Virus record (IMG/VR): IMGVR_UViG_3300047157_000137
Coordinates: 5,681 to 69,680 of that record
Direction: 5' to 3' (one strand)
Length of the DNA: 64,000 nt
DNA from: a virus
Shown here: positions 25,601 to 35,752 of the stretch, piece by piece
Position numbering within the stretch: position 1 is the stretch's first letter
How the letters are laid out: every line of letters starts with the position of its first letter
Translations under genes and position numbers: made by a program
Notes under the pieces: model-generated
Seen by the model: only the letters and a program-made list of their open reading frames with translations
Database searches by the model: none
What the model was told of the DNA's origin: nothing

Positions 25601-26604
25601 AAGCTCCAATATCTAGTTTACCTTTTGATAATTATGCTGGTTGGTTGTTAGGTGATGGAACTAACACAACATCAATAACTACTGGTGCTACAGCTACATT
25701 TACCGGTGGTACATATATTACAACTGGCGAGTCAAGTGGTACATTAACTATAACTCATGATGCTACAAATAGAACAAGTGATACAGACAGTTCATCACCT
25801 GCTTTTGGAGCAGATATTGAGGTTTATGATGAATTAACAACTAATTCAACAGGTCACGTAACTCAAACTCAATTAAAAACTATTACGTTACCTTCACCAG
25901 TTAATTTTACGGCTGGATCTGCTCCTGGTGCTACAGCTGCTGTTGGTACTGCAGGTTATGTTCCTGCTCCGGCTGCTGGAACAGGTAGTACGGGTTATTT
26001 CTTAAATGGAACAGGTGTTATGAGTATTCCACCTAATGATAAAGGTGTAGAAACTGTAAATACTACATCCCCAATAGAAGGTGGTGGTTCTTCTGCAACA
26101 GTCACCGTAAGTCATAAAGCTGTATTAACAGATAATAGTGGAAACGCTGGAACTTATAAAATGGCAGATGTAACTGTAGATGGTAATGGTCATATTACAG
26201 CTATAACCGATGGCCACAGTGGTGGTGGTGGTGGTACTAAAAAAGGCGGTACTTTTACTAAACTGTTTACATCTGTAAGTGGTGGTAGTGTAGCATTCAC
26301 TATTGATAGAGCTACTAGTGGTGCCATGGTGTTTGATGTTATGCTAACAAGTGATACAAGTAATACTTGTTCTATTGCTAAAAAATATACAGTCGTAAAA
26401 CAATTTGGAGTAGATCCTGTGGTTTTTAAAATAATAGATACTGGTCCAGATACAACAGTTGATTTTACACCTGTTTTCGCACAAGCTACGACTGATACTT
26501 CTATAAAATGTACTATAACGCCTAATAATTTAAATACACAAAAAATAGGTATTACAATTGATTTAGGATTTGGGCAAAACGACGCAACAGTAGTAATGAA
26601 TTAA
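22618..26604 (+). CDS. Long tail fibre / fibre scaffold protein
   Basis: 1328 aa, Gly/Thr/Ser-rich; TTIATTAFV, VTVDGNGHIT, YEGTW and VGDWVI fibre motifs. Confidence 0.8.
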   Translation: MAIIYSYPTVQPTADDLVLGTDVNQADKPTKNFTIQSIVDIVAGGAAGLGAVLKISSNAQDLTDPSNPVNQPIQNLSFINGTGSATFGSFTDGTMTISSGTGVNFVSIQSVDFAGNLTGIVKVGSSIAGTSDGNTSNNVTAVTQPTGTNNTTIATTAFVQQEITGEDLDFRGDSGSVIGSVDLNSETFAIVGKTVGGIKNINTDTTAGGTLLNLSLANSVTIADDLTVTDKLTVNGTTVSNIIEGGLQINNAGGAHTFNVKGQTNDNLINTNVGATDADDQVAIGKSAADSGVRLDVSGLIQGSTIKSTGLLTANADLWFKDKIGLAGGANPNYGSTGNVLTSGGASGDSTWTDITTWGFVESVSAGKGILLSGTSVDPVVNIDYEGADNAILEAATQNTIDVTADFVWFSDASVASGTVSKTLIQNLPFIPEVNGTQYTLPMFATTTTLGDSIIKQNAGATEATITGTLDITSTGTATKFIVDTNKVDADFRGVASQAKALETAGDISPVNDVISYPATSGTVKAQSGTGVAVEFQDGAGENNSIVYPVVGQVVSVASGTGVITAGTTVASVSGSTFTLSAATTTALGAGATLNFAASTLDIYTSGGNVRMPSFIPSTVATSKYLTNLPTPTSSAITATDTILSGMAKLQGQISATTGLAYEGTWAASTTAVANGAVSASTSLVITTADANLVKGTVVEGTGITGTVRIDAITGTAVTLDTAITIANGITLTMSPPGGIITGATAGTAASLTTASNKVNGHFYICNTIGKAEPNAAVPWSAASTPNEWAVGDWVIYVANGSTTDAWQKLDMTSDITGTGAAEKVALWTGTNTLGTGLISDNATVVTIGAGGTGNFTVEGETTLGGGATNNTLVSGDLKVNKELNLVEGLGLWGGSAFSYGDGTKVLTSSGAAGTPPTWETPTTGTVTEVDSGDGLITNPATGIITTGSIAIDYAGTDNAILTATAATEPILTTDQIWFNDIATLAPSTINQIKKAPISSLPFDNYAGWLLGDGTNTTSITTGATATFTGGTYITTGESSGTLTITHDATNRTSDTDSSSPAFGADIEVYDELTTNSTGHVTQTQLKTITLPSPVNFTAGSAPGATAAVGTAGYVPAPAAGTGSTGYFLNGTGVMSIPPNDKGVETVNTTSPIEGGGSSATVTVSHKAVLTDNSGNAGTYKMADVTVDGNGHITAITDGHSGGGGGTKKGGTFTKLFTSVSGGSVAFTIDRATSGAMVFDVMLTSDTSNTCSIAKKYTVVKQFGVDPVVFKIIDTGPDTTVDFTPVFAQATTDTSIKCTITPNNLNTQKIGITIDLGFGQNDATVVMN

Positions 26605-26612
26605 AATAAAAT

Positions 26613-29042
26613 ATGGCTAATTTATCTAATATAAATAATAAACTCGTTTTAACAACAGACGGAGCCGCATTAATCAATCAAGGTAGTGTTGATTATGGAA
26701 CTGCTAAACTACAAGTTTCTGGAAGTGGGTCAACAGGTACCATTACCTGGAGAAATGATGGTGGTAGAAAAACTGGTTATTTATATAGTGATTCAGCTGG
26801 TGTAGCAATTTATTCCACAGCTCTTGCTAACGCTGGTATTTATCTAGCAGATAATTTACAAATAGATTTTAGAGTTAACGGTTCACAACGAATGATTATT
26901 CTAGAATCAGGCAACGTAGGAATAGCAGCGACACCAGGAACTTATCTTTCAAGTATTAGAGCATTAAGAATTGGTCAAGGTGCAAGTTTTAGCGCTTTTA
27001 CAAATTCATTAAATACTTATGTAAGTAGTAATGTTAGAGTAGATGCAACTGGAACTAATAAAGCTATTGTAACTGGGGAATCAGCACAATATAGACAATC
27101 AGACGGATTACATATTTGGTATAATGCTGCAAGTGTATCAGCAGGAGCAACTTCTACTTTAACAGAAAGAATGCGTATAGACAGTTCTGGAATTGTTAAT
27201 ATTGGAACTGCAACAGGAACACAGCCGTCTTATTTTAATAGTTACTTAAATGTTCAAAATAACGCATCAACATCAAACCACGCTTCTATAACAATAACTT
27301 CTGGAAGTTCTGGTTATGCAGGACTGCATTTTGGTGATTCTGATAATGGACGTATTGGTCAAGTAGCTTATAACAATAGTAATAATTCTTTACTTTTTAC
27401 GGCTAACAATAGTACAAGAATGACCATAGACAGTTCTGGAAACGTAGGAGTTGGAGTAACACCTTTTGCACATACATTAGGGACGTCTGCTTCATTGGAT
27501 TTAAAAGGTAATGGTGGAATATGGGGTTATGCTGGTGCAACTTATGTAAATTCAAACGCTTATTATAATCTCGGATGGAAATATAAAACAACAGCTCCAG
27601 CAGCAGTTTTACAAGTAGGTGGTTCATCACAAGAATTAACTTTTAGACAAGCAGTAAGCGGAACAGCGGGTAATGCTATAACATATACTCAACCTTTTAC
27701 AATAAATACTTCAGGAAACGTAGGAATTGGAGGAGGTGCAATAGAGGGTAAATTAAGTATAGATTATACTGCTGCTGAACTACCAACATCAGGAACTACA
27801 TCTAATTCTGCTATACAAGTAACAAGCAGTTTAGGTAACCAATTAAATTTAGGTTTAAATACAGTTAGTGGTGATTATGGAGCATATATTCAAGCAAGTG
27901 ATAATAATTTAGCTGTACCATATCCTTTAAACTTACAACCAAACGGAGGAAATGTAGGTATAGGGACGACTTCGCCTGAGTTTAAATTAGACGTAAAATC
28001 AAACAGTGATACAGCACCTAGTGCATATTTAAGAGGTGGTAAATCTTCACAAGGAGAAATACAAAATACAGGTTTAATTGTAGGTACTCAAACAGATATG
28101 GCAGCTGGTGATTATCAGGGTATAAGTTTTACTGGATATACAAGTGTAAGTGCTATAAGAAGAGGTAGAGCTGCAATTGGTGTAGAAGCTGTAAATGGCC
28201 CCGGTAAAATGGATTTAGTATTTATGGCTAAACATCAAGATGATGGTTCTCAATTATCTGCTGATGATACAAAGATGATCATCAAGGGCTCTCTTACAAC
28301 TAGTAAACAAAGCAGGGTGGGTATTGGTTATGATTTTGTTGCAAGCAAGATTCACGAGCCAGAAGGAACTAATTCTTTAGATGTTTACGGAACTGGATTT
28401 TTTGGCTACCAAGATTTTAGAGATCATGATACATACCCACCTCAGAAAGTATTAGTTCTTAGAGGTGCTCCAGCTAGTGGAGCTTATGCTCAAAGTAGAT
28501 TTAATTGGTACACAAAAAGTGGTACAACTTCTAATGGAATAGCTGAAATTCAAATAAAAACTCAATACGGAACCGATGCTGAGTCAGGTATAAAGTTTTC
28601 ATTTGGAAGTGGTGGTGAATTTTACGCTTCTGAAGGAATTTTATTAGGCGGAACTGGTAGTTCAAATAAATTAGATTTTTATCAAAGCGGATCATGGGTC
28701 CCAAGTGTAACATCAAGTGGTGGTGCAGGGTTTCCTGCTTATTCATCTATAGGTTACTTTCAAAGAGTTGGAAAAGTTGTTACAGTATCTTTTGAATTTA
28801 CAATAAGTAATTTAGGTACAGCATCAGGAACTGTTATAATAAACAATTTACCTGTAGCTATAGCAAGTGGTAATGGTGTTAAAACTGTTGTAGGTTATGG
28901 AAACATTCCAACAATAGGCCAGTCACTTTCTATTTATCATTACACTGCTCAAAACCAAATAGGTATGAATAAATATGATGGTTCTTTTGCAGGAACTACT
29001 TATACAACAAGAGGAACTGTAACTTATTGGGCAGAACTTTAA
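26613..29042 (+). CDS. Tail fibre protein
   Basis: Repeated RMxIDSSGNVGIG modules; C-terminal YQSGSWVP...GYFQRVGKVVTV receptor-binding-type domain. Confidence 0.85.
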   Translation: MANLSNINNKLVLTTDGAALINQGSVDYGTAKLQVSGSGSTGTITWRNDGGRKTGYLYSDSAGVAIYSTALANAGIYLADNLQIDFRVNGSQRMIILESGNVGIAATPGTYLSSIRALRIGQGASFSAFTNSLNTYVSSNVRVDATGTNKAIVTGESAQYRQSDGLHIWYNAASVSAGATSTLTERMRIDSSGIVNIGTATGTQPSYFNSYLNVQNNASTSNHASITITSGSSGYAGLHFGDSDNGRIGQVAYNNSNNSLLFTANNSTRMTIDSSGNVGVGVTPFAHTLGTSASLDLKGNGGIWGYAGATYVNSNAYYNLGWKYKTTAPAAVLQVGGSSQELTFRQAVSGTAGNAITYTQPFTINTSGNVGIGGGAIEGKLSIDYTAAELPTSGTTSNSAIQVTSSLGNQLNLGLNTVSGDYGAYIQASDNNLAVPYPLNLQPNGGNVGIGTTSPEFKLDVKSNSDTAPSAYLRGGKSSQGEIQNTGLIVGTQTDMAAGDYQGISFTGYTSVSAIRRGRAAIGVEAVNGPGKMDLVFMAKHQDDGSQLSADDTKMIIKGSLTTSKQSRVGIGYDFVASKIHEPEGTNSLDVYGTGFFGYQDFRDHDTYPPQKVLVLRGAPASGAYAQSRFNWYTKSGTTSNGIAEIQIKTQYGTDAESGIKFSFGSGGEFYASEGILLGGTGSSNKLDFYQSGSWVPSVTSSGGAGFPAYSSIGYFQRVGKVVTVSFEFTISNLGTASGTVIINNLPVAIASGNGVKTVVGYGNIPTIGQSLSIYHYTAQNQIGMNKYDGSFAGTTYTTRGTVTYWAEL

Positions 29043-29051
29043 AACAAATAA

Positions 29052-31478
29052 ATGGCATCATTATCTAATATAAATGGAATACTTGACGTTCATTCTACTG
29101 GGGCTATACTTTTTAGTACATCTCACGGTACAACTGGGCAGGTATTAAAATCAAATGGTAATGCCGCGCCAACTTGGGTTGATGTACCTCCAATTGTAGA
29201 TGATAGATATGTTTTAGTTGCTGGTGATACTATGACTGGTAATTTAGTTATTAATGGAACGAACAGTTTAACCGTTGGAGGAACGATCACAAGTAGTGAT
29301 CAAATAACTGCAACGCATTTTTATTCTACAAGTTCAACTGCCAATATTTTTCTTGGTAGTGTAATAACTAAACCAGGTGACAATTTAGGTTTTATTGTTA
29401 GAAATAGTAGTAATGCTATAATTGGATCTTTACTTAGAACAAGTAATACAACAACTGAGTTGACAGCTGATACTTTAGATTTAGGTGGAACTACTGCTCA
29501 ATATGTAAGAGGTGATGGTTCTTTTGCCACTTATTCACCGGGTACTGGAACTATTACAGGATCTGGTACAACAAATACAGTAACAAAATTTACTGGAGCT
29601 TCAGCTATTGGAGATGGTCCTATAACATTCAGTGGGAATAATTCAACTTTTATAGGAACTGTAACTTTTAATCCAGACGCTGATAGTAGTGTTGTTATAA
29701 AAAATGCTGGAACAGATGCAATAGCTTTATTTGCAGCTTCAGGTGACACATTATATTTAGGTAGTAACGATACAACAGGTTTATACTTTAGTGCGACAAA
29801 TAACAATGCAACTTTTGTAGGAACAATTAACTCAGGTGCTATAACTTCTACAGGATTAATAACCGCTGAGTCTTATAAATCAAGTAATTTTGTAGAGATA
29901 CAAGTAGATGATGCAGAGGTGTATTGGACTAATACTGCAAATAATGATTATTGGGTTTGGAAACGAGATGCAAGTAATAACTTTATTTGCGACCATTATA
30001 ATGGAAGTTCAACTACAGCGGCTTTAACTTTTAATAGTTCTCAAAACGCAACTTTTGCAGGAAATATTGGTATTGGCGGTGCTCCTGGGCAAAATCTTGA
30101 TATTCAAAAATCTGGTGCCAGATTTAGATTGATTGATGGTACTAATCAATTAAATATGGGGCTTTGGGATGGTGCTAATTATAGATTTGAGGGTGATGCT
30201 AACCGACCTATATATATGACTTCATATCAAGGTAATATAAACTTTGGTATTAGTGGTGGTACAACCATGACAATACAAAGTGGGAAAGTAGGAATCGGAA
30301 TTACTTCGCCTGGAGCTCAATTACATAATTATTCAACAGCAACACAAAATGTTTGGCTTAGTGGTTATGGAACTTTAGCTCAAAATGATTGGGGAGCAGG
30401 TCATGGGATATTTGCAGCACAAGATAATGGTTTACTTATAAGTAAAGCAAATGCCTCTAATAATACAAATAGATTATTTAGTTTTTATCATGATTCTGGT
30501 GGTAATTCTGAATTTTATATGTATGATACTAACTCCAATAATAAAGTAAAAATAGATTCATCTGGTAATTCATTTTTTAATGGTGGCAACGTAGGAATAG
30601 GAACGACTACTCCTGATTCTCTTTTAGTAGTTCAAGCAGATGCACATAATGAAGCTTTTGCAGGTAAAAGATCTGCAACTGAGTACTTATGGTTTTTAAG
30701 AAACGAAAATAATTCCGGTAGATTTCAATTATACAATAGTAGTAGCAATCATACAATAGAAATGACCGCGGCTAATGGTAGAATAAACCAAGCACAAATG
30801 ATAGCTGGTACAGCTTTTGCTTTATCAAATAGTGGTTTTGCTACTCTTGGAAGTACAAGTTCTAGCGTACCTATAGCAATAGCTATTGATGGAGATGCAA
30901 GTACAGCTAGTATAGTTGTTCCAACAAATAAGAACGTTTGTATAGGTGGGGTTTATAATTACGCAGGAACAGGTGTTACATCATTAAATATAAATGGTAC
31001 TGATTATCCTTTACTGGCATTTTATGCTGGTTCTACTTTAAGAACAACTTTAATAAGTTATTCTAATAATACGTATTTTGGTCATTCTCATGCTTCTGCA
31101 AAATGGTCATATGAAAATGGTACAGGAATGATGGGTGAATTAAGTGGAGCAGGAAATTTTACCGTCAAGGGTGACGTTGTAGCTTATGGTTCACCATCGG
31201 ATATATCATTAAAAGAAAACATTAAACCTATAAAAAATCCTTTAGAAAAAATTAAAAAATTAAAAGGTGTTACTTTTGATTGGAAAAAAAGTAAAAGTAT
31301 ACTAGATATAAAAGAAGATTATGGTTTTATTGCTCAAGATGTTAAAAAAGTAATTCCTGAGTTAGTTAGAAAAAATGAAAATGAATTATTATCTATGCGT
31401 CACCAAGGTGTTATACCTATATTGGTAGAAGCAATAAAAGAATTAGAAGCTAGAGTAAAAGAATTAGAAAATAAATAA
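29052..31478 (+). CDS. Tail fibre with C-terminal intramolecular chaperone (peptidase S74)
   Basis: GNVGIG repeats; SDISLKENIKPI...GVTFDW...GFIAQDV...EAIKEL. Confidence 0.88.
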   Translation: MASLSNINGILDVHSTGAILFSTSHGTTGQVLKSNGNAAPTWVDVPPIVDDRYVLVAGDTMTGNLVINGTNSLTVGGTITSSDQITATHFYSTSSTANIFLGSVITKPGDNLGFIVRNSSNAIIGSLLRTSNTTTELTADTLDLGGTTAQYVRGDGSFATYSPGTGTITGSGTTNTVTKFTGASAIGDGPITFSGNNSTFIGTVTFNPDADSSVVIKNAGTDAIALFAASGDTLYLGSNDTTGLYFSATNNNATFVGTINSGAITSTGLITAESYKSSNFVEIQVDDAEVYWTNTANNDYWVWKRDASNNFICDHYNGSSTTAALTFNSSQNATFAGNIGIGGAPGQNLDIQKSGARFRLIDGTNQLNMGLWDGANYRFEGDANRPIYMTSYQGNINFGISGGTTMTIQSGKVGIGITSPGAQLHNYSTATQNVWLSGYGTLAQNDWGAGHGIFAAQDNGLLISKANASNNTNRLFSFYHDSGGNSEFYMYDTNSNNKVKIDSSGNSFFNGGNVGIGTTTPDSLLVVQADAHNEAFAGKRSATEYLWFLRNENNSGRFQLYNSSSNHTIEMTAANGRINQAQMIAGTAFALSNSGFATLGSTSSSVPIAIAIDGDASTASIVVPTNKNVCIGGVYNYAGTGVTSLNINGTDYPLLAFYAGSTLRTTLISYSNNTYFGHSHASAKWSYENGTGMMGELSGAGNFTVKGDVVAYGSPSDISLKENIKPIKNPLEKIKKLKGVTFDWKKSKSILDIKEDYGFIAQDVKKVIPELVRKNENELLSMRHQGVIPILVEAIKELEARVKELENK

Positions 31479-31479
31479 T

Positions 31480-34400
31480 ATGGCATTATTAACAAATATA
31501 AATGGTAAATTCAGCGTTAGTGACGCAGGAGCAATAAGATTTAACGATGCGTTTACTTTTCCAACTGCAGATGGTACTGCTAATTATTTTTTACAAACAA
31601 ATGGTAGTGGTCAGTTAGGTTGGGCCGCTGCTCCTACAGGTTCAGGTGCTACTAATAGAGTTGCTTATTGGAGTACTGCTAGTAATCTTTCATATAATGA
31701 TAGTTTTCAATTCGATGGATCACATGTAACAATAACCGGAAGATTAGATTTTGCTGCTAGCGCTGGAACATATGGACCTTACATAACAAGTTCTGATGGT
31801 GATGATGTTCAGATACATTATAATGGTAATGATGCTGGTACTTTTGAAATATGGAATCATAATCAAAATGGTGGTGCGGCTGATAGAATGTTTAAAATTT
31901 CAGATGGTTCTACATCTACTTTTGGTAGTAGTTCACTAGACGTTAATGTAGAAATAACAGGTAATATTCAAGTTGATGGTGGTTTTAAAGATTCATCAGG
32001 TGATATTGGTGGAGCGGGGCAAATTTTAAGTTCTACTGCTACAGGAACAAATTGGATAAATAATAGTGGTGGAACTGTTACAGGATCAGGTACAGGACAA
32101 AAGGTAACTAAATGGACAGGATCAGGTGCTTCAACAGTATTAGGAGATGGCCCAATAACTTTTGCAACTAATGATTCAACTTTTGCAGGAACTGGAACTT
32201 TTACTGATGCAGTAATAGTAAATGGTTCATACCCTGGTTTAACTCTTAATAGTACTTCTCATACAAAATTTGCTATTACAAATAGATATTCTTCAAATTA
32301 TGTAACCTTTGATATGACGCCACAAGGAGGTTCAACACTTGAAGCATTAACTTTAAAAAATAATGGATTTTTAGGAATAAACAGAAACTCCCCAAATGGT
32401 TTGTTACATCAACAAAGTGCAGCAGGAAGTAATTCTGAATACTATATCCAAACAGGTGATACAACTACTAACTCAACTATTTATTTTGGTGATTCCGATT
32501 CATCAATTCATGGTGGAATAGATTATGACCACAATGACGATAGTATGTCATTTAAAGTAAACAATAGCTTTAGAATGGTTATTAACAGTTCTGGATTAAC
32601 AACAATAAAAAGAACTGGAATAACAGGAGTTGCTAAAGCTGATATGACTTTACAAATAGGTTATGAAGGTAATAATGGTCAAAATAACTTAATTGGTTTT
32701 GGATATAATGCACAAACTAATATTCCTGCATATATTGGATATACTACAACAAGTGGTAGTGGAAGCACAAAAGGAGATTTAGTTTTTGGAACAAGAAGTG
32801 TAACTACAAATACTGCTCCATCAGAAAGAATGCGTATAGACAGTGACGGAAACGTCGGTATCGGAACAACTTCGCCTGATTTAGGTGCTATTGCAGGAAC
32901 AAGAGTTCTTACAATAGCTTCACCTACTGCAGAAAGATGGGGTATATTAGAATTAGCAGGTAATAGAACTTGGGGTGGAAACCAAGTAGGAGAACTTAAA
33001 TTTATAAGTACTGATAGCACTAACAATGGAACACTTGTAAGTTTAACTGCTATAAATGATCCAACTGCAACAGGAACAGGTGGAAGCTTAAAATTTAGCA
33101 CAAGACCTAATGGAGGTTCTTTAACAGAAAGAATGCGTATAAAATCTGACGGTGTAATTACTTTTTCTACAACAGCGGTCACAAGTACTCCAGCCGGAAG
33201 TATAAATCATGCAAGTAATAACTTTCTTTACGTTACAGGGGGTATAGGAGGCGCTTCTTTTGGAGATGATTCACACGCTACACGTATGATAGTGTTTGAT
33301 AATAATTATTTAAGGTTTGATACAGGTAGTACAGAAAGAATGCGTATAGACAGTGTAGGATTGGCAACTTTTAGGTCAACATATATAGTTGCTGGTCTTT
33401 ATGGAGGAGAAGTTACATTAGGTGGAAGTAGTACTACTTTTGGTTTACAATTAAAATATAACCAAGATGCAGCTACAACAAGTACCATATATCATTCACC
33501 AGGATATGTCAGTAATGATAACTCATTTAAACTTGGTTCTGGTTCAGGAAACACAAACCAATTAGTATTAAAAGGGGACGGAAACGTAGGAATTGGGACG
33601 TCTACACCTGGTGATTTTGATGGTGAATCAAGAAATTTAGTTATTAGAGGTGGAGTGAATGGATCAACACCAACTATAGGTATGACAATAGCTACAGATG
33701 GAAATCAAGCTAGTAGTGGAAGGTGTGCAATTAGATTTGCGGATGGAATAAATGGAAATGAAAGATATAGAGGTGCGGTTGAATACAATCATAATGGAGA
33801 TGATATGTCATTTAGAACTGCTGGAACACAAAAAATGCGTATTGATAGTGGAGGAAGTATATTAATTGGTGCTGGTGCTACAAGTGGAACACCCACGTCA
33901 GATTATCGTTCTTTAGAAATAGGTAGGCAAGGAAATACTATTACAGGTGCACCTTGGAAATCAAACTTATATTTAACCTGTAATGGAACTGTAACTGCAG
34001 GTAGTACTGCTTTTACTTATAGGTACGCAAATGAAGCTCCTGCCCGAATGGATTTAGAAGATGGTAATGTTACATTTTATAATGCAGCCGCAGGAACAGT
34101 AGGAGACACTATTTCTTGGAATCAAAGAATGATTGTCAACAGCTCAGGAAACGTAGGAATCGGTGATACATCAGCTCCTAATAAATTAAGTGTAAAAGAT
34201 ACTGGAAATTTAACTTGTAGATTTACAGGTGGAACAACATTTTCTTTATATCAAAACAATACAGATGGTTCAGTTATATTTTCAGCAAATCACGGTAATG
34301 CGTCTCCTACTGGAGTTGAAAAAAGATTTATATGGCAATTAGCTGGAGGAACAGCAAAAATGAAACTTGATGATGGAAATTTAACAGTTTCAGGAGATGT

Positions 34401-34725
34401 TGTGGCTTACGGTTCTCCTTCAGATAAAAGATTAAAAGAAAATATTAAACCTATTGAATCAGCTTTAGATAAAGTAAGTAAACTACAAGGTGTAACGTTT
34501 GATTGGAAAGATAAAAAACAAGATAAAGCTTATGATCCTGATCAAGCCTGGAAAGAAGATATAGGATTTATAGCACAAGACGTACAAAAAGTTATACCAG
34601 AGCTTGTAAGAGAAAATGATAATGGTATGTTATCGATGAGACATCAAGGTATAGCTCCAATATTACTAGAAGCTATAAAAGAATTAAAAGCTGAAATAGA
34701 AGAACTAAAAAAACAAATTAAATAA
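31480..34725 (+). CDS. Tail fibre with C-terminal intramolecular chaperone (peptidase S74)
   Basis: ERMRIDS/GNVGIG repeats; SDKRLKENIKPI...GFIAQDV...EAIKEL. Confidence 0.88.
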   Translation: MALLTNINGKFSVSDAGAIRFNDAFTFPTADGTANYFLQTNGSGQLGWAAAPTGSGATNRVAYWSTASNLSYNDSFQFDGSHVTITGRLDFAASAGTYGPYITSSDGDDVQIHYNGNDAGTFEIWNHNQNGGAADRMFKISDGSTSTFGSSSLDVNVEITGNIQVDGGFKDSSGDIGGAGQILSSTATGTNWINNSGGTVTGSGTGQKVTKWTGSGASTVLGDGPITFATNDSTFAGTGTFTDAVIVNGSYPGLTLNSTSHTKFAITNRYSSNYVTFDMTPQGGSTLEALTLKNNGFLGINRNSPNGLLHQQSAAGSNSEYYIQTGDTTTNSTIYFGDSDSSIHGGIDYDHNDDSMSFKVNNSFRMVINSSGLTTIKRTGITGVAKADMTLQIGYEGNNGQNNLIGFGYNAQTNIPAYIGYTTTSGSGSTKGDLVFGTRSVTTNTAPSERMRIDSDGNVGIGTTSPDLGAIAGTRVLTIASPTAERWGILELAGNRTWGGNQVGELKFISTDSTNNGTLVSLTAINDPTATGTGGSLKFSTRPNGGSLTERMRIKSDGVITFSTTAVTSTPAGSINHASNNFLYVTGGIGGASFGDDSHATRMIVFDNNYLRFDTGSTERMRIDSVGLATFRSTYIVAGLYGGEVTLGGSSTTFGLQLKYNQDAATTSTIYHSPGYVSNDNSFKLGSGSGNTNQLVLKGDGNVGIGTSTPGDFDGESRNLVIRGGVNGSTPTIGMTIATDGNQASSGRCAIRFADGINGNERYRGAVEYNHNGDDMSFRTAGTQKMRIDSGGSILIGAGATSGTPTSDYRSLEIGRQGNTITGAPWKSNLYLTCNGTVTAGSTAFTYRYANEAPARMDLEDGNVTFYNAAAGTVGDTISWNQRMIVNSSGNVGIGDTSAPNKLSVKDTGNLTCRFTGGTTFSLYQNNTDGSVIFSANHGNASPTGVEKRFIWQLAGGTAKMKLDDGNLTVSGDVVAYGSPSDKRLKENIKPIESALDKVSKLQGVTFDWKDKKQDKAYDPDQAWKEDIGFIAQDVQKVIPELVRENDNGMLSMRHQGIAPILLEAIKELKAEIEELKKQIK

Positions 34726-35261
34726 TGGGAGTACCAAGTTCAGGAACGCTAGAAATGATAAAAATTGCTAGAGAAAGAAGATGGGCTAATTATAGTGGTA
34801 ATGGAACTATCACTGGACCTATATCTATATATAACTTAATACTAGGTGGTAATACAGGTGGATCTGTTAATTCAGGTGATACGTATTTGTCACCTAATCC
34901 TAATTCACCTACAGTGTTACCAGGCGCTGGACCTGGAAATCAACCTTGGAGATTTAGTGATTTTTATGGTTATGAGCAAGTTAGTGCTAGAACAGCATTT
35001 AATTATATTTATGATAGTAGTAGTGGACCTAATGGATCATGTAATATAGGAATTACACAGGGACCATATTATCATACTGGCTTAAATTTAATGCCAAGCG
35101 TTGGTGATGTTGTTTATCAAGGCGCGGCTCCTAGCACAACTAAAGCGGCTGCTGGATATTACACACCTTACACAACAACTGGATTTCCACCGACATCAAG
35201 TGGTCAATGGTTTCAAGTTACCGGTATAAATGGTGTGGTTGCAGCGGTTGGATCTTGTTAA
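34725..35261 (+). CDS. Virion/fibre-associated protein
   Basis: MGVPSSG N-terminus; FSDFYGY motif; coupled to the fibre gene. Confidence 0.55.
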   Translation: MGVPSSGTLEMIKIARERRWANYSGNGTITGPISIYNLILGGNTGGSVNSGDTYLSPNPNSPTVLPGAGPGNQPWRFSDFYGYEQVSARTAFNYIYDSSSGPNGSCNIGITQGPYYHTGLNLMPSVGDVVYQGAAPSTTKAAAGYYTPYTTTGFPPTSSGQWFQVTGINGVVAAVGSC

Positions 35262-35291
35262 CAAATAAATTAATAAATTAAAACAATAAAA

Positions 35292-35651
35292 ATGGCAATT
35301 ACTTACAAATGGACAATTAACCAAATGAATGCACATATTCAAGCTGAAGGCGAGGATAATGTAATATATACAGTGCATTGGACTTATTCAGGTTCAGAAG
35401 AATCTGGTGGAAAGACTTATTATGCATCATCAATAGGTGCTCAAAGTTTTACTTATGTAGCTGGAGAACCTTTTATACCTTATGCAGACACTGAAGCTTT
35501 TGAAAGTGTAGTGATAGGTTGGCTTGAAGGAGCATTAGATGTACCAGCAATGGCAGCTAATATTGAAGCTCAAATAGCTAAACAAATAACTCCTGTAAAC
35601 GAAGATTTATACTTCACATGGCAAAACCCACCTATTCCACCAGTTGAGTAG
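35292..35651 (+). CDS. Putative tail fibre assembly/accessory protein
   Basis: YKWTI...VHW...FIPY...VIGWLE; located after the fibre genes. Confidence 0.55.
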   Translation: MAITYKWTINQMNAHIQAEGEDNVIYTVHWTYSGSEESGGKTYYASSIGAQSFTYVAGEPFIPYADTEAFESVVIGWLEGALDVPAMAANIEAQIAKQITPVNEDLYFTWQNPPIPPVE

Positions 35652-35652
35652 T

Positions 35653-35680
35653 GTAAGTTTTGTAAAAAACAAGTGATAGT
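35653..35680 (+). promoter_or_regulatory. Class II promoter-like motif GTAA-N16-GTGATAGT
   Basis: Intergenic, upstream of the chaperonin operon; followed by hairpin ATATTGC...GCAATAT. Confidence 0.6.
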
Positions 35681-35752
35681 ATAACTAAACCTATATTGCT
35701 AGCGAGGCAATATTAACCAAAAATAAAGTTTAACCCTTAAAACCAAAACACG

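Noticed and set aside
26613-34725. Diversity-generating retroelement or invertase shufflon acting on the fibres
   Set aside because: No reverse transcriptase, no template/variable repeat pair differing at adenines, no recombinase, and all modules are in one orientation
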